Of a stretch of DNA of 44,552 nucleotides, positions 29,206-39,098 are shown piece by piece. Within the stretch, counting starts at the first letter, position 1, and every line of letters starts with the position of its first letter. The notes below the pieces were generated by a model. It searched no databases. It worked only from the letters and a program-made list of their open reading frames with translations, and was not told the origin of the DNA. The stretch covers positions 1 to 44,552 of the forward strand of contig CAYZQZ010000002.1 of assembly GCA_964480235.1 (NCBI GenBank), given 5' to 3'. The position numbers and the translations under genes are program-made. The stretch comes from an uncultured Reyranella sp. GTDB taxonomy: Bacteria; Pseudomonadota; Alphaproteobacteria; Reyranellales; Reyranellaceae.

Positions 29206-29631
29206 TTATTCGGCGACAAAGAACGGCAATGTCACTTCCTTATTTACCGGCTCGAAGCACAGACGCACCTTCTGGCCGATCCTGACATCGCCTTCGGCGA
29301 CGCCGCGCAAGGGCGCATTGACCCGGACGCCGGCATCCATGTCGACCAGCGCCACGATGTAGGGTGCCTGCTGCTTGAAGAAGAAGTTGAACGGATGGTG
29401 GCACACCGTCCACGTGTGAATCTTGCCGGTAATCGGCGCTTCCTTGAATTCACTTTCGAGCGAGAAGCAGTGCGGACAAACCGGGCGCGGATAGTGCCGG
29501 ACCTTGCCGCAGGAAGAACAATGCTGCAGCAGGAAGCGACCCTCCCGCATGCCGTCCCAGAAGGGCTGGCTTTCGCGGGTCGGCGTTGGCAGCGGCCGCT
29601 CTGGAGCCGCGGGAGTGGAAGCGCCGCTCAT
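29206..29631 (-). CDS. DUF35 Zn-ribbon/OB-fold protein
   Basis: PFWDG, CSSC...YPRPVCPHC, PYIVALVDMDAG; ATGA-coupled to the thiolase-like gene. Confidence 0.93.
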   Translation of the reverse strand: MSGASTPAAPERPLPTPTRESQPFWDGMREGRFLLQHCSSCGKVRHYPRPVCPHCFSLESEFKEAPITGKIHTWTVCHHPFNFFFKQQAPYIVALVDMDAGVRVNAPLRGVAEGDVRIGQKVRLCFEPVNKEVTLPFFVAE

Positions 29632-30788
29632 GCCGCCCTCCGCAGGATGGCGATCGAACCGTCCCCCATGTCGCCATAGCCGGTGACCAGGCCCATCTCA
29701 GCCTTGGCGACCTGCGCCTTACCGCCCTCGCCGCGCAGTTGGCGCGTCAGTTCGATCACGTGATTGAGACCAACGACGTGGCCCTGGCTCAGCAGCCCAC
29801 CATGGGTGTTGATCGGCAGTGCGCCACCCTTCTTGATGCGTCCATCCATCACGAACGGCCCGCCCTCCCCGGTCTTGCAGAACCCCAGGATCTCGAGCTG
29901 CCGGATCACCGTGAAGGTGAAGCAGTCATAGATCTCGGCAAGGTTCATGTCCTTCGGCCCGACGCCCGCCATCTCGTAGCCACGCTTCGCCGCCTTCACG
30001 AGGCCGAACTCGAGCAGGTCCGGGCGCTGGGCTATCGAAGCGGGCGATTCGGGATGCCCCTCGGCCACGCCCATCACGGTAACCAGCGGCTTGCGCAGCG
30101 ATTTCGCCCGATCGGCTGCGCTCACGACGATGGCCGCACCGCCGTCGCTTTCAAGACTGCAGTCGAACAGCCGGAACGGATCGGAGATCATGCGCGAGGC
30201 GTGGTGTTCCTCGACGGTGAGAGGCTTGTTCATCACCACGTTGCCGTTGAGGATCGCGTGCTCGCGCATGGTCACGGCGACTTCGGCAAAGTGGCGGGGC
30301 GTGGTGCCGTAAAGCTCCATGTGCCGCCGCGCCCCTTGGGCGTAGAGCTGGGCCGGCGCAAACATGCCGATCGGCAGTTCGAACTCCGCCGCCAGCGCAA
30401 ATTGCGGGAACTGCTGCAGGCGCGTGCTGACCCGGGCGCCAGAGTAACCGGTCCTGCCGACCGAGATCAGGACGTTCTTGCAGACGCCGGTCGCCACCGC
30501 CATCGCCGCACTCTGGATCGCGGCCACGCAGGTGGCGCCGCCCATCGGCACGAACAGCGACAGCGTCACGTCGGGCAGACCGAGATTTGCAATGAAGTCT
30601 TCTGCAATGCCGCCGCCGGGAAAGTAGGGCACGATGCCGTCGATATCGCGGGGCGAGAGGCCGGCATCCTCGATCGCCTTCAGGCTCGCCTCGAGCTGAA
30701 GGGCGAGGCCAGACTTGGACGTGCCGCGCGTGTACGCGGTTTCGCCGATCCCACTGATCGCCGCCTTGTCGCGGAGCGCATGCGCCAT
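29628..30788 (-). CDS. Thiolase-like protein (SCP2/Ltp2 type)
   Basis: ISGIGET, DCSLESDGG, EIYDCFT, NTHGGLLSQGH motifs. Confidence 0.9.
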   Translation of the reverse strand: MAHALRDKAAISGIGETAYTRGTSKSGLALQLEASLKAIEDAGLSPRDIDGIVPYFPGGGIAEDFIANLGLPDVTLSLFVPMGGATCVAAIQSAAMAVATGVCKNVLISVGRTGYSGARVSTRLQQFPQFALAAEFELPIGMFAPAQLYAQGARRHMELYGTTPRHFAEVAVTMREHAILNGNVVMNKPLTVEEHHASRMISDPFRLFDCSLESDGGAAIVVSAADRAKSLRKPLVTVMGVAEGHPESPASIAQRPDLLEFGLVKAAKRGYEMAGVGPKDMNLAEIYDCFTFTVIRQLEILGFCKTGEGGPFVMDGRIKKGGALPINTHGGLLSQGHVVGLNHVIELTRQLRGEGGKAQVAKAEMGLVTGYGDMGDGSIAILRRAA

Positions 30789-30838
30789 GGTTCTGTTTCC
30801 TCCGGCCGGCATCTTGCCTGAAGCCGGAGAGGAGGCAA

Positions 30839-31825
30839 TCAGTCTGCGCGGATGTTGCCCGCAGCGATGACCTCTTTCCAGCGCACCAGCTCGCCGCGGA
30901 TCAGGTCGGTGTAGCCGCTCGAGCCCAAGGTCCCGGGTCGCACACCGATCTTGCCGAACGATTCCTTCACCTGCGCGCTCTGCAGAGCGGTTCCGGTTTC
31001 GCTTTCCCAGCGCTGGACGAGGTCGCGCGGAATGTCCGCCGTCGCCGAAAATCCGAACCAGTTGGTCGTCACGACGCCGGGGAATCCCGCTTCGCGGAAG
31101 GTCGGCACGTCGGGAAGGCTGGGTGAGCGCTGGTCCTCGCTCACGGCAAGCGGACGCATGCGGCCGGAGGTGAAATAGCCGATTGCGGTCGGCAGGCTTT
31201 CCATCAGGGCGGCGATCTGGCCGCCCAGCAAGTCGTTCATCGCGGGCGCCGAGCCGCGATAGGGGATGTGCGTCAGCTGTATGCCGGCCGCACGGGCCAG
31301 TACCTGGCCGGTGAGGTGATTCATCGTGCCGTTACCGCCTGAGCCGTAGGTCACCTCGCCCGGCTTGGCCTTCGCCATCTCGACTAGCTGGGCCACGCTG
31401 GTGATCGGCGAGGAGGCGCTCACCGCGAGCACGGTCGGAAAGGTGCCGACCAGATGGATGTGCGTGAAATCGGCCAGCGGATCGTAGGGCACGTCCTTGT
31501 AGAGCACCGGGCCGATGCCGTGCGAGGCCGCACTGGACATCATGACGAGATGGGTGTCGCCCTTCGCCTTGGCGAGGATGTCGGCACCCACCAGACCGCC
31601 GGCGCCTGGCTTGTTCTCCACGACGATCGGCTGACCGAGCCGCGTGCCGTAATACTCGGCCAGGGTACGCGACAGGATGTCGGCGGCACCGGCGGGCGGA
31701 AAGTTGACGATCCAGCGGATCGGCTTGGACGGCCAGGCCGCTTGCGACCATCCGATTTTTGCAGGGCTGATAGCGGGGACTGAGGCGGCTGCGGCCGCGA
31801 TCAATATCTGCCGTCGACTGAGCAT
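30839..31825 (-). CDS. Bug/TctC substrate-binding protein (Tat signal)
   Basis: SRRQIL; WPSKPIRWIVNFPPAG, VENKPGAGG, HIPYRGS. Confidence 0.93.
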   Translation of the reverse strand: MLSRRQILIAAAAASVPAISPAKIGWSQAAWPSKPIRWIVNFPPAGAADILSRTLAEYYGTRLGQPIVVENKPGAGGLVGADILAKAKGDTHLVMMSSAASHGIGPVLYKDVPYDPLADFTHIHLVGTFPTVLAVSASSPITSVAQLVEMAKAKPGEVTYGSGGNGTMNHLTGQVLARAAGIQLTHIPYRGSAPAMNDLLGGQIAALMESLPTAIGYFTSGRMRPLAVSEDQRSPSLPDVPTFREAGFPGVVTTNWFGFSATADIPRDLVQRWESETGTALQSAQVKESFGKIGVRPGTLGSSGYTDLIRGELVRWKEVIAAGNIRAD

Positions 31826-31920
31826 GCTGTTCACCGGTCCTCCGCGCGCACCCAAGACTGTCATTGACGCACGGTGTGGTGCAACATGCGTGCCGGGTAA
31901 CGTTTACGATAGGACCGGCG

Positions 31921-33162
31921 ATGGATTTCGACGTCGTTTTACGCGAAGTGCGCCTTCCCGGCAGCAAGCCGGACCAGCCGGCGACGGACATCGGCGTGAA
32001 GGACGGCAGGATCGCGGCCATCGCACCCAGGCTCGGCGGCAATGCCCGCGAGGAATACCGCGGCGGGGGGCGGCTGGTCTGCTCGGGCTTCGTCGATACG
32101 CATATTCATCTCGACAAGGCCTGCATCCTGGGTCGCTGCGAGCACACGACCAAACGCAATCCGCATCTCGCCATGGAGCGCGTGTCGGCGGTCAAGCACA
32201 CCTTCACCGTCGAGGACGTGATCGAGCGCGCCTCGGCCACCATCGAGAAATGCATCGGGCACGGCGCCACGCGCATGCGCACCCATGCCGAAGTCGATCC
32301 GAAGGTCGGCCTGCGCGGCTTCGAGGGCGTGAAGGCGCTGGTCGACAAGTACAAGTGGGCGATCGATCTCGAGATCTGCGTGATGCCGCAGGAGGGCCTG
32401 ACCAACAATCCCGGAACCGACGAGCTGATGATCGCCGCCCTGAAGAGCGGCGCGACCGTCGTCGGCGCTGCCCCCAACTACGACACCGATCGTGCGGCGC
32501 AGATCCGACGCATCTTCGAGATGGCGCGCGAATTCGACATAGACATCGACATGCATCTCGACAGCGGCGCCTCGGCCGAGGAGCTCGACACGCTGCTGGT
32601 CTGCGATCTCGCCGAAAAATACAAATGGGGCGGCCGGGTGGCCGTCGGCCATGTCGGAAAGCTTTCGACGATGCCGTTCAAGGACCTCGACAAGGTCGCG
32701 AGGCGCATGGCCGATACCGGCGTCGCCGCAACGGTTCTGACGGCGACCGACCTCTATCTCGGCGGCCGCCACACCGACCACAACGTGCCGCGCAATGTGG
32801 TCGACCTCAACTTCCTCACCGAGCGGGGCGTCACCTGCTCCGTCGGCTCCAACAATATCCTCAACCCGTTCACGCCGTTCGGCGATGGCCAGCTGCTGCG
32901 TCAGGTCAACATGCACGCCATCGTCACCCAGCGCGGCAATGACGACGAAGTGCGCGAACTCTGGAACATGACCACGGCGTCGGCGGCGAAGCTGATGCGC
33001 AAGGATGACTACGGCATCGCCGTCGGCGGACCGGCCGATCTGGTGGTGCTGGACGCGACCGACGAGATCGCCGCGCTGCGCACGATTGCGCCGGTGCTGG
33101 CGGCTTACAAGCGAGGCCGGCGCACCGTAACGCGCGAACCGGTCAAGCTGCACCGACCCTAA
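31921..33162 (+). CDS. Cytosine/creatinine deaminase-like amidohydrolase
   Basis: GFVDTHIHLDKA, RTHAEVD, PQEG, DMHLD, GH, NPFTPFG motifs. Confidence 0.9.
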   Translation: MDFDVVLREVRLPGSKPDQPATDIGVKDGRIAAIAPRLGGNAREEYRGGGRLVCSGFVDTHIHLDKACILGRCEHTTKRNPHLAMERVSAVKHTFTVEDVIERASATIEKCIGHGATRMRTHAEVDPKVGLRGFEGVKALVDKYKWAIDLEICVMPQEGLTNNPGTDELMIAALKSGATVVGAAPNYDTDRAAQIRRIFEMAREFDIDIDMHLDSGASAEELDTLLVCDLAEKYKWGGRVAVGHVGKLSTMPFKDLDKVARRMADTGVAATVLTATDLYLGGRHTDHNVPRNVVDLNFLTERGVTCSVGSNNILNPFTPFGDGQLLRQVNMHAIVTQRGNDDEVRELWNMTTASAAKLMRKDDYGIAVGGPADLVVLDATDEIAALRTIAPVLAAYKRGRRTVTREPVKLHRP

Positions 33163-33202
33163 TCATCAAGAAGCCAACCTTTCCGTCGAATCAGGGGAAC
33201 CC

Positions 33203-34726
33203 ATGTCCACTCGTGAACTGCTGGCACTGTCGTCCGTCGAACTGCGCCGCCGCATCGGCACCAAGGAGATCTCGCCGGTCGAGCTTCTGGAGGCCTGCCT
33301 GCGCCGCATCGAGGAGATCAACCCGGCGATCAATGCCGTGACGGCAATGTGCGTCGCGCGCGCGCGCAAGGAGGCCAAGGCGGCCGAAGCCGCGGTCCGC
33401 CGCGGCGAAGACCTGCCGCTGCTGCACGGACTGCCGGCCGGCATCAAGGACCTCGAGGAGACGAAGGATCTTCTGACGACCTATGGCTCGCCGCTTTATC
33501 GCGACTATGTGCCGAACTACGACAACGTCATGGTCGGCCGTGTGCGTGCCGCGGGCGCCGTAGTGGTCGGCAAGACCAACGTGCCGGAATTCGGCGCGGG
33601 CTCGAACAGCCGCAACCCGGTATGGGGCGCCACCGGCAACCCGTTCAATCCGATGCTCAATGCCGGCGGCTCCTCGGGTGGGTCGGCGGCGGCCCTGGCG
33701 ACCGACATGCTGCCGGTCTGCACCGGCTCCGACACCGGCGGCTCGCTGCGCAATCCGGCGGCCTTCTGCGGCGTCGTGGGCTTCCGGCCCTCGCCCGGCA
33801 TGGTCGCGGTCGAGCGTCGCGCCATGGGCTGGACTCCGATTTCCGTGCTGGGTCCGATGGGCCGCTCGGTCGCCGATGTCTGCCTGCTCTACGCGACGCA
33901 GATCGGACACCACGACAGCGATCCGCTCAGCTTCCCGCTGGACCCGATGGCCTACGCCGAGCCGTGGCCGGTCGATCTCGGCAGCCTGCGCGTTGCCTAC
34001 ACCGAGGATTTCGGCGGCGCCCCGGTCGAAAAGGGAATCCGCCAGACGTTCCGCGCGAAGATCAAGGCGATGAAGCCGCTGTTCCGCAGCCTCGACAAGA
34101 TCGACGTCGACTACGGCGACGCCGACCGCTGCTTCGACGTGGTGCGCGCCGTCAGCTTCCTGTCGCGCTACCACGACGCCTACACCAAGAACCGCAAGAT
34201 GCTCGGGCCCAACATCGTGGCCAACTACGAGATCGGCGCCAAGCTCAGCCTTGCCGACTTCGCCTGGGCACATGGCGAGCAGACCAGGCTCTTCCGCGCC
34301 TTCCAGGAGCACTACAAGGACTACGACCTGGTGATCGGCCCGACCGTCGGCTTCACGCCCTTCCCCTGGAAGCAGCTCTACATCGAGGCAATGGATAGCG
34401 AGAAGCTCAAGACCTACTACCACTGGATGGCGACCAAGTACTTCATCTCTCTGGTCACCAATCCCGCGGTCTCGCTGCCCTGCGGGTACGATCACAAGAA
34501 GATGCCGTTCGGCCTGCAGGTGATCGGCCGCTTCCGTGGCGATGGCGAGGTGCTGGGCGCCGCGCACGCCATGGAACAGGCGTTCGCCGCCAATCCGGAG
34601 CTGGCCCGGCCGCGGCCGAACCTGGAGAAGTTGCGCAAGCCGGTGGCGGCCCTGAAGTCGATCGTAACCCATCCACCCAAGCTCTCGGCCAAGGTGTCGA
34701 AGGGGCCGGCGCCGGGCGCGCTCTAG
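33203..34726 (+). CDS. Amidase (amidase-signature family)
   Basis: IKDL Lys, GKTNVPEFG, GGSSGGS, GSDTGGSLRNPA (Ser-cisSer-Lys triad). Confidence 0.95.
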   Translation: MSTRELLALSSVELRRRIGTKEISPVELLEACLRRIEEINPAINAVTAMCVARARKEAKAAEAAVRRGEDLPLLHGLPAGIKDLEETKDLLTTYGSPLYRDYVPNYDNVMVGRVRAAGAVVVGKTNVPEFGAGSNSRNPVWGATGNPFNPMLNAGGSSGGSAAALATDMLPVCTGSDTGGSLRNPAAFCGVVGFRPSPGMVAVERRAMGWTPISVLGPMGRSVADVCLLYATQIGHHDSDPLSFPLDPMAYAEPWPVDLGSLRVAYTEDFGGAPVEKGIRQTFRAKIKAMKPLFRSLDKIDVDYGDADRCFDVVRAVSFLSRYHDAYTKNRKMLGPNIVANYEIGAKLSLADFAWAHGEQTRLFRAFQEHYKDYDLVIGPTVGFTPFPWKQLYIEAMDSEKLKTYYHWMATKYFISLVTNPAVSLPCGYDHKKMPFGLQVIGRFRGDGEVLGAAHAMEQAFAANPELARPRPNLEKLRKPVAALKSIVTHPPKLSAKVSKGPAPGAL

Positions 34727-34920
34727 CGGCAACTGCGCCAACCGATGGGCCGGCCGCGATCCGGCCCTCGGGCCGGCCGTGCGGGCTGTGACAACTTAAA
34801 GCCGCCGCGTTGTGTCGCGGCGTTTCTCCATGTCGCCGCGTTTTGGTCACGACCTCCACCGTATCTCTCACGCAGGCACCGGCAACCCAGCCGAGCCACG
34901 AGAGCAGTACGGAGGAGAAC

Positions 34921-35145
34921 ATGCGCAAGGTGCAATGGCTGATGGCGGCCGCGCTGGTCGCCCTGACCACCGCGGGCTGCGTGGAGTCCAACGGCTACCC
35001 CAACTCCAGCTATCGCAGCGACCGCAACGGCGGTTACTGGAACTCGCCGCGCGCCGACTACGATCGCGACGGCGTGCCGAATCGATATGACCGCGACGCC
35101 AACGGCGACGGCGTGCCCGACCGCTACCAGGGCCGCAACCGCTAA
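34921..35145 (+). CDS. Small lipoprotein with DxDxDG repeats
   Basis: GGAGGAG SD; signal ending in TTAG-C lipobox; DYDRDGVPN and DANGDGVPD motifs. Confidence 0.85.
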   Translation: MRKVQWLMAAALVALTTAGCVESNGYPNSSYRSDRNGGYWNSPRADYDRDGVPNRYDRDANGDGVPDRYQGRNR

Positions 35146-35302
35146 GCCGGCCTGACGATGGCCTGACGGAGCACCACCTCTCACGGATATGTGAGAGATG
35201 GTGCGCCTCTTGCCACAATTGTGACGCCCGTCGGTCGAAGTCCGTTGCGTATCGGCAACAGTGGGAAAGCCCGTCACAGGGGCTCCCTCCGAGGAGGCAA
35301 GA

Positions 35303-35767
35303 ATGCGCAAGCTCAATTGGCTGATCCTGACCGGCGCCGCCCTGGCCACCGCCGGCTGCGTGGAATCGATGGCCTCGGGCTACCCGACCGGGTCCTACGG
35401 CTACGGCGACAACTCGAATGGCTATTCGAGCGGCTACTATTCGGCCAACTCCTATCCGAGCAGCTATTACACCCGGCCGAGCTACGTCTCGAACAACACG
35501 TACGTCTACAATCCGCCGCCCCGGGTGGTGACCCAGACCCGCTACGTAGAGGTGCCGGTGGCAACGCCAGCCCCGGCGCCACGCCAGCAGCCCGTGAACA
35601 CCACCGCGGATCATCGCTGGAATGGCCAGCACAACGATCGCCCGGCTCAGGCGGTTCGTCCGCCATCGAACAACGAACACCAGGCCGGCAGCGGCGACAA
35701 TCGCGGCAACAGCCGCCGGCGCGATCGCGACCGGGACGGAGACGGTCAGCCCGACCGGCGGAACTAG
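35303..35767 (+). CDS. Low-complexity lipoprotein, paralog of 34921-35145
   Basis: GAGGAGG SD; ATAG-CVES lipobox; Y/S/G/N-rich middle; C-terminal DRDRDGDGQPD. Confidence 0.82.
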   Translation: MRKLNWLILTGAALATAGCVESMASGYPTGSYGYGDNSNGYSSGYYSANSYPSSYYTRPSYVSNNTYVYNPPPRVVTQTRYVEVPVATPAPAPRQQPVNTTADHRWNGQHNDRPAQAVRPPSNNEHQAGSGDNRGNSRRRDRDRDGDGQPDRRN

Positions 35768-36924
35768 CTCCGCTTGGGCGAGGCAGAAGCGGCGGCGCGC
35801 CGGATTTCGTCGTCGTGCTGGCCGAGCGCCGGCGCTGCCCGCCGCACACCACCCGGGGTAGCCGACAGTTTCAGCGGCACGCCGAGCGTCTTCTGCCTGC
35901 CTACTTTGGCGTGCTCTACCTCGGCCACCATGCCGCGCGCCAGAATCTGCGGATCGGCGAAGACCTCGTCGTGATGCAGCACCGGCCCGGCGGGTATGCC
36001 CTCGGCCTCGAATGCCTTCAGCCATTCGTCGTTGCTGCGCTTCAGCAGCTCGGTCTGGAGGATGGCCACGATGGCGTCGTTGTTTTGCACGCGCAGAGCA
36101 TTGGTCTTGAACCGTGGGTCTTGAGGAAGCTCGGGTTTGCCGATCATCTCGCAAACCTTGACGAAGAAGTTCTGTTGCGCTGCACCGATGGTCAGCCAGC
36201 CGTCCCTGGTCTGGAACACCTGATAGGGCGAGGAGCCGCGATGGCCCTGTCCCAGCTTCTCCGGCCGCTTGCCGTTGGCGAAGAAGTTCGCGGCCTCGTA
36301 GACGCCGAGCGACACCGTCGCTTCCAGCAGCGAGGTCTCCACCCATTGGCCCTCGCCGGTCTTGTGGCGCGCCTGTAGTGCCGACAGCACCCCGATCGTG
36401 AGGTAGAGGCCCGCGCCGACGTCTGAGATCGCGAGAGGAATTCGATGAGGTGGCCCGTCCTTCGGCCCGGTCACCGACATCAGTCCGGACATCGCCTGAA
36501 TCACCAGATCGAAGCCGCCGCGCCTGGCGTACGGCCCGGTTTGGCCGAAGCCGGAGATCGAGCCCAGCACCAGCCGCGGATTGCGGGCATGCAGGGCCTT
36601 CCAGCCGATGCCCAGCTTGTCGATCACGCCGGGGCGGAAATTCTCCAGCATCACATCGGCGCCATCGACCAGTTCCCAGAAGACCTTGAGGTCGTCGGCA
36701 TTCTTGAGATCGAGCCGGACGCCCCGCTTGTTGCGATTCCACAGCATGAAGGGCGCGGACTCGCCGTCGACGAAGGGCGGCGCGCCGCGCATCGAATCGC
36801 CCTGTGGGCTCTCGATCTTGATCACATCGGCGCCCATGTCGGCGAGCTGCATGCCGCAGAACGGCCCTGACAGATGCGTCGTGAGATCGAGGACGACCAG
36901 ACCGTCTAACGCACCGCGATTCAT
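35764..36924 (-). CDS. CaiB/BaiF family (class III) CoA-transferase
   Basis: LSGPFC...ADMGADVIKIE, NRNKR, ENFRPG, SGFGQTGPY, LAISD catalytic Asp. Confidence 0.95.
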   Translation of the reverse strand: MNRGALDGLVVLDLTTHLSGPFCGMQLADMGADVIKIESPQGDSMRGAPPFVDGESAPFMLWNRNKRGVRLDLKNADDLKVFWELVDGADVMLENFRPGVIDKLGIGWKALHARNPRLVLGSISGFGQTGPYARRGGFDLVIQAMSGLMSVTGPKDGPPHRIPLAISDVGAGLYLTIGVLSALQARHKTGEGQWVETSLLEATVSLGVYEAANFFANGKRPEKLGQGHRGSSPYQVFQTRDGWLTIGAAQQNFFVKVCEMIGKPELPQDPRFKTNALRVQNNDAIVAILQTELLKRSNDEWLKAFEAEGIPAGPVLHHDEVFADPQILARGMVAEVEHAKVGRQKTLGVPLKLSATPGGVRRAAPALGQHDDEIRRAAASASPKRS

Positions 36925-36963
36925 GCTCACTCCGCCAAAGAGGAACGGCTACTCTAGGCCCGC

Positions 36964-37887
36964 ATGGCACAGAGCCTCAAACCTTCTCTCGACACCCCTC
37001 CGCTCGATACCTTGGGCGATCTCTTCCGGTTCGCGGTTCGCCGCTTTCGTGCGGCGCGGCTCGCCTACGGCCACGGTACGACGACTGCGGTCGATGAAGC
37101 GGCCTTCCTGCTGCTCGAAGGCCTGCGCCTGCCGATCCACAACATCGATCCCTGGCTCGCGCTACGGCCGACGCCCGCCGAAAAGGCGCGGCTGCTCACC
37201 CTGATCGATGCCCGCATCAGCCTGCGGCTGCCCGCGCCCTATCTGGTAGGCGCGGCCTACATGCATGGGGTCCGCTTTCACGTCGACAGGCGCGCCCTGA
37301 TTCCACGCTCCTTTATCGGTGACATGCTGGTGGCCGGCGCCCTGCCGATTGCCGACGCAAGGAAGGTCCGGCGCGTGCTCGACCTCTGCACCGGCTCGGG
37401 CTGTCTCGCGATCCTGGCGGCGCTCGCCTTCCCCGCAGCCACGGTCGACGCCGTCGACCTGTCGCGCGGCGCGCTGGCGCTCGCTCGACGCAACGTCGCG
37501 ACGCACCGGCTGGGCGATCGCATCACGCTGCATCACGGCGACCTGTTCGCGCCACTCGCCGGGCAGCGCTATGACCTGATCATCAGCAACCCACCCTACG
37601 TCGATGCCCGCGGCATGGACCGCCTGCCGCCCGAATTTCGGCACGAACCGCGGATGGCGCTGGCCGCCGGCAAGGACGGACTCGACCTCGTGCATCGCAT
37701 CCTCGCCGAAGGGCCCAAGCATCTGACGAAACAGGGCGCCCTCCTTTGCGAACTAGGCCGCGGCCGCAAGCCGCTGGAGCGCGCCTACCCCCACACGACC
37801 TTCGTTTGGCTCGATACCGAATTGAGCCAGGGAGAAGTGTTCTGGCTGGAGCGGGACGGCTTCCCGGCCGGGGTTACAAGAGGGTGA
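36964..37887 (+). CDS. prmB: Ribosomal protein L3 N5-glutamine methyltransferase
   Basis: YGHGT...DEAAFL, PAPYL, VDRRALIPRSFI, LDLCTGSG, ISNPPY, HEP. Confidence 0.93.
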   Translation: MAQSLKPSLDTPPLDTLGDLFRFAVRRFRAARLAYGHGTTTAVDEAAFLLLEGLRLPIHNIDPWLALRPTPAEKARLLTLIDARISLRLPAPYLVGAAYMHGVRFHVDRRALIPRSFIGDMLVAGALPIADARKVRRVLDLCTGSGCLAILAALAFPAATVDAVDLSRGALALARRNVATHRLGDRITLHHGDLFAPLAGQRYDLIISNPPYVDARGMDRLPPEFRHEPRMALAAGKDGLDLVHRILAEGPKHLTKQGALLCELGRGRKPLERAYPHTTFVWLDTELSQGEVFWLERDGFPAGVTRG

Positions 37888-37994
37888 CGCTAGAATGACG
37901 GGAATCTGGCGGTCACTTTCGGTAACCGTCACCTTCGGTGCCAACATACCGTCACCTCATTCAGGCACCCATTAGAGTGCCTTAATCGCCGTTC

Positions 37995-39071
37995 CTACTC
38001 CTCGTCGCCGAGGCAGATCCCGAGGGCGCGAGCGGTGCGCACCAGGGCCCCCATCGGATCGACCGTATGCGACCGGCCGACGACGCTCTCCAGCGGCACG
38101 TCGATCACCTGGCGATTCGACCAAGCGACCATGCGGTCTCTTCCCCCCGCAGCCAACACATCGACGGCATACGCGCCGAGCGCCGAAGCAAGAATACGAT
38201 CCTCAGCCGTCGGATCGGCGCCGCGTTGAACGTGGCCAAGCACCGTGGCGCGTGCCTCGGCATGGGTCGCCACCATGAGGCGCAAGGCCAGCCAATCACC
38301 CACTCCGTGCTTTCTCGGAGCGTCGTCGGCCGGATCGGGCGCGTCGTCGGAATTTCCCGCCGCCTCCGCGACAACGACCAGCGCCGTGCGCCGTCCGCCG
38401 GCTCGCAGGTTCTGCACATGGCGGGTGACATTGGCGAGGCGCCAGCCGATTTCCGGAATCAGGATCACGTCAGCGCCCCCGGCAATGCCTGTGGCGAGGG
38501 CGATGTGGCCGGCGTCGCGGCCCATCACCTCGAGCACCATGATGCGTTCATGGCTGGCGCCGGTCGGTTGCAGCCGATCCAGCGCCTCGGTCGCGACCGC
38601 TACCGCGGTCGAGTGTCCGATGGCCCGATCGGTGCCCGCGACGTCGTTGTCGATGGTCTTGGGGATACCGACGAAGGCGAGGCCGCTGGGCTCCAGCAAT
38701 CGCCGCAGAATCGCCAGACTTCCGTCGCCGCCGATGCCGATCAATCCATCGAGCGCAAGACTGCGAAGGCCGTCCAGCATTTCGCCGGAGCGATCCTGCA
38801 CCCGTCCGTTGTCCATGGGAAAGGCGAATGGATCGCCCCTGTTGGTGCTGCCGAGAAACGTGCCGCCTCTGCGCGCCACGCCGGCATCGAGGCGGTTCGG
38901 CTCGATGTCGACGGCCGCTACCGGCCGATCGAGCAGGCCAAGCGTGCCATAGCGGATGCCGACCGTCTGCCAGCCGTGGCCGTGATGGGCGCGCAGGGCA
39001 ACGGCGCGGATCACCGCGTTCAGCCCGGCGCAATCGCCGCCACTGGTGAGGATGCCAATTCGCTTGGTCAT
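37995..39071 (-). CDS. pfkA: 6-phosphofructokinase (PfkA family, mixed-substrate group III-like)
   Basis: TSGGDCAGLN, GGDGS, PKTIDND, EVMGR, LGHVQRG; AAGGAGG SD. Confidence 0.93.
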   Translation of the reverse strand: MTKRIGILTSGGDCAGLNAVIRAVALRAHHGHGWQTVGIRYGTLGLLDRPVAAVDIEPNRLDAGVARRGGTFLGSTNRGDPFAFPMDNGRVQDRSGEMLDGLRSLALDGLIGIGGDGSLAILRRLLEPSGLAFVGIPKTIDNDVAGTDRAIGHSTAVAVATEALDRLQPTGASHERIMVLEVMGRDAGHIALATGIAGGADVILIPEIGWRLANVTRHVQNLRAGGRRTALVVVAEAAGNSDDAPDPADDAPRKHGVGDWLALRLMVATHAEARATVLGHVQRGADPTAEDRILASALGAYAVDVLAAGGRDRMVAWSNRQVIDVPLESVVGRSHTVDPMGALVRTARALGICLGDEE

Positions 39072-39098
39072 CTCGAACCTCCTTGCCTACTGTACCTC

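Noticed and set aside
35149-35168. GGCCTGACG direct repeat x2, and other short repeats, as a CRISPR or iteron array
   Set aside because: Only two short copies, no spacers, and no cas or rep genes; no CRISPR array was seen in the window.
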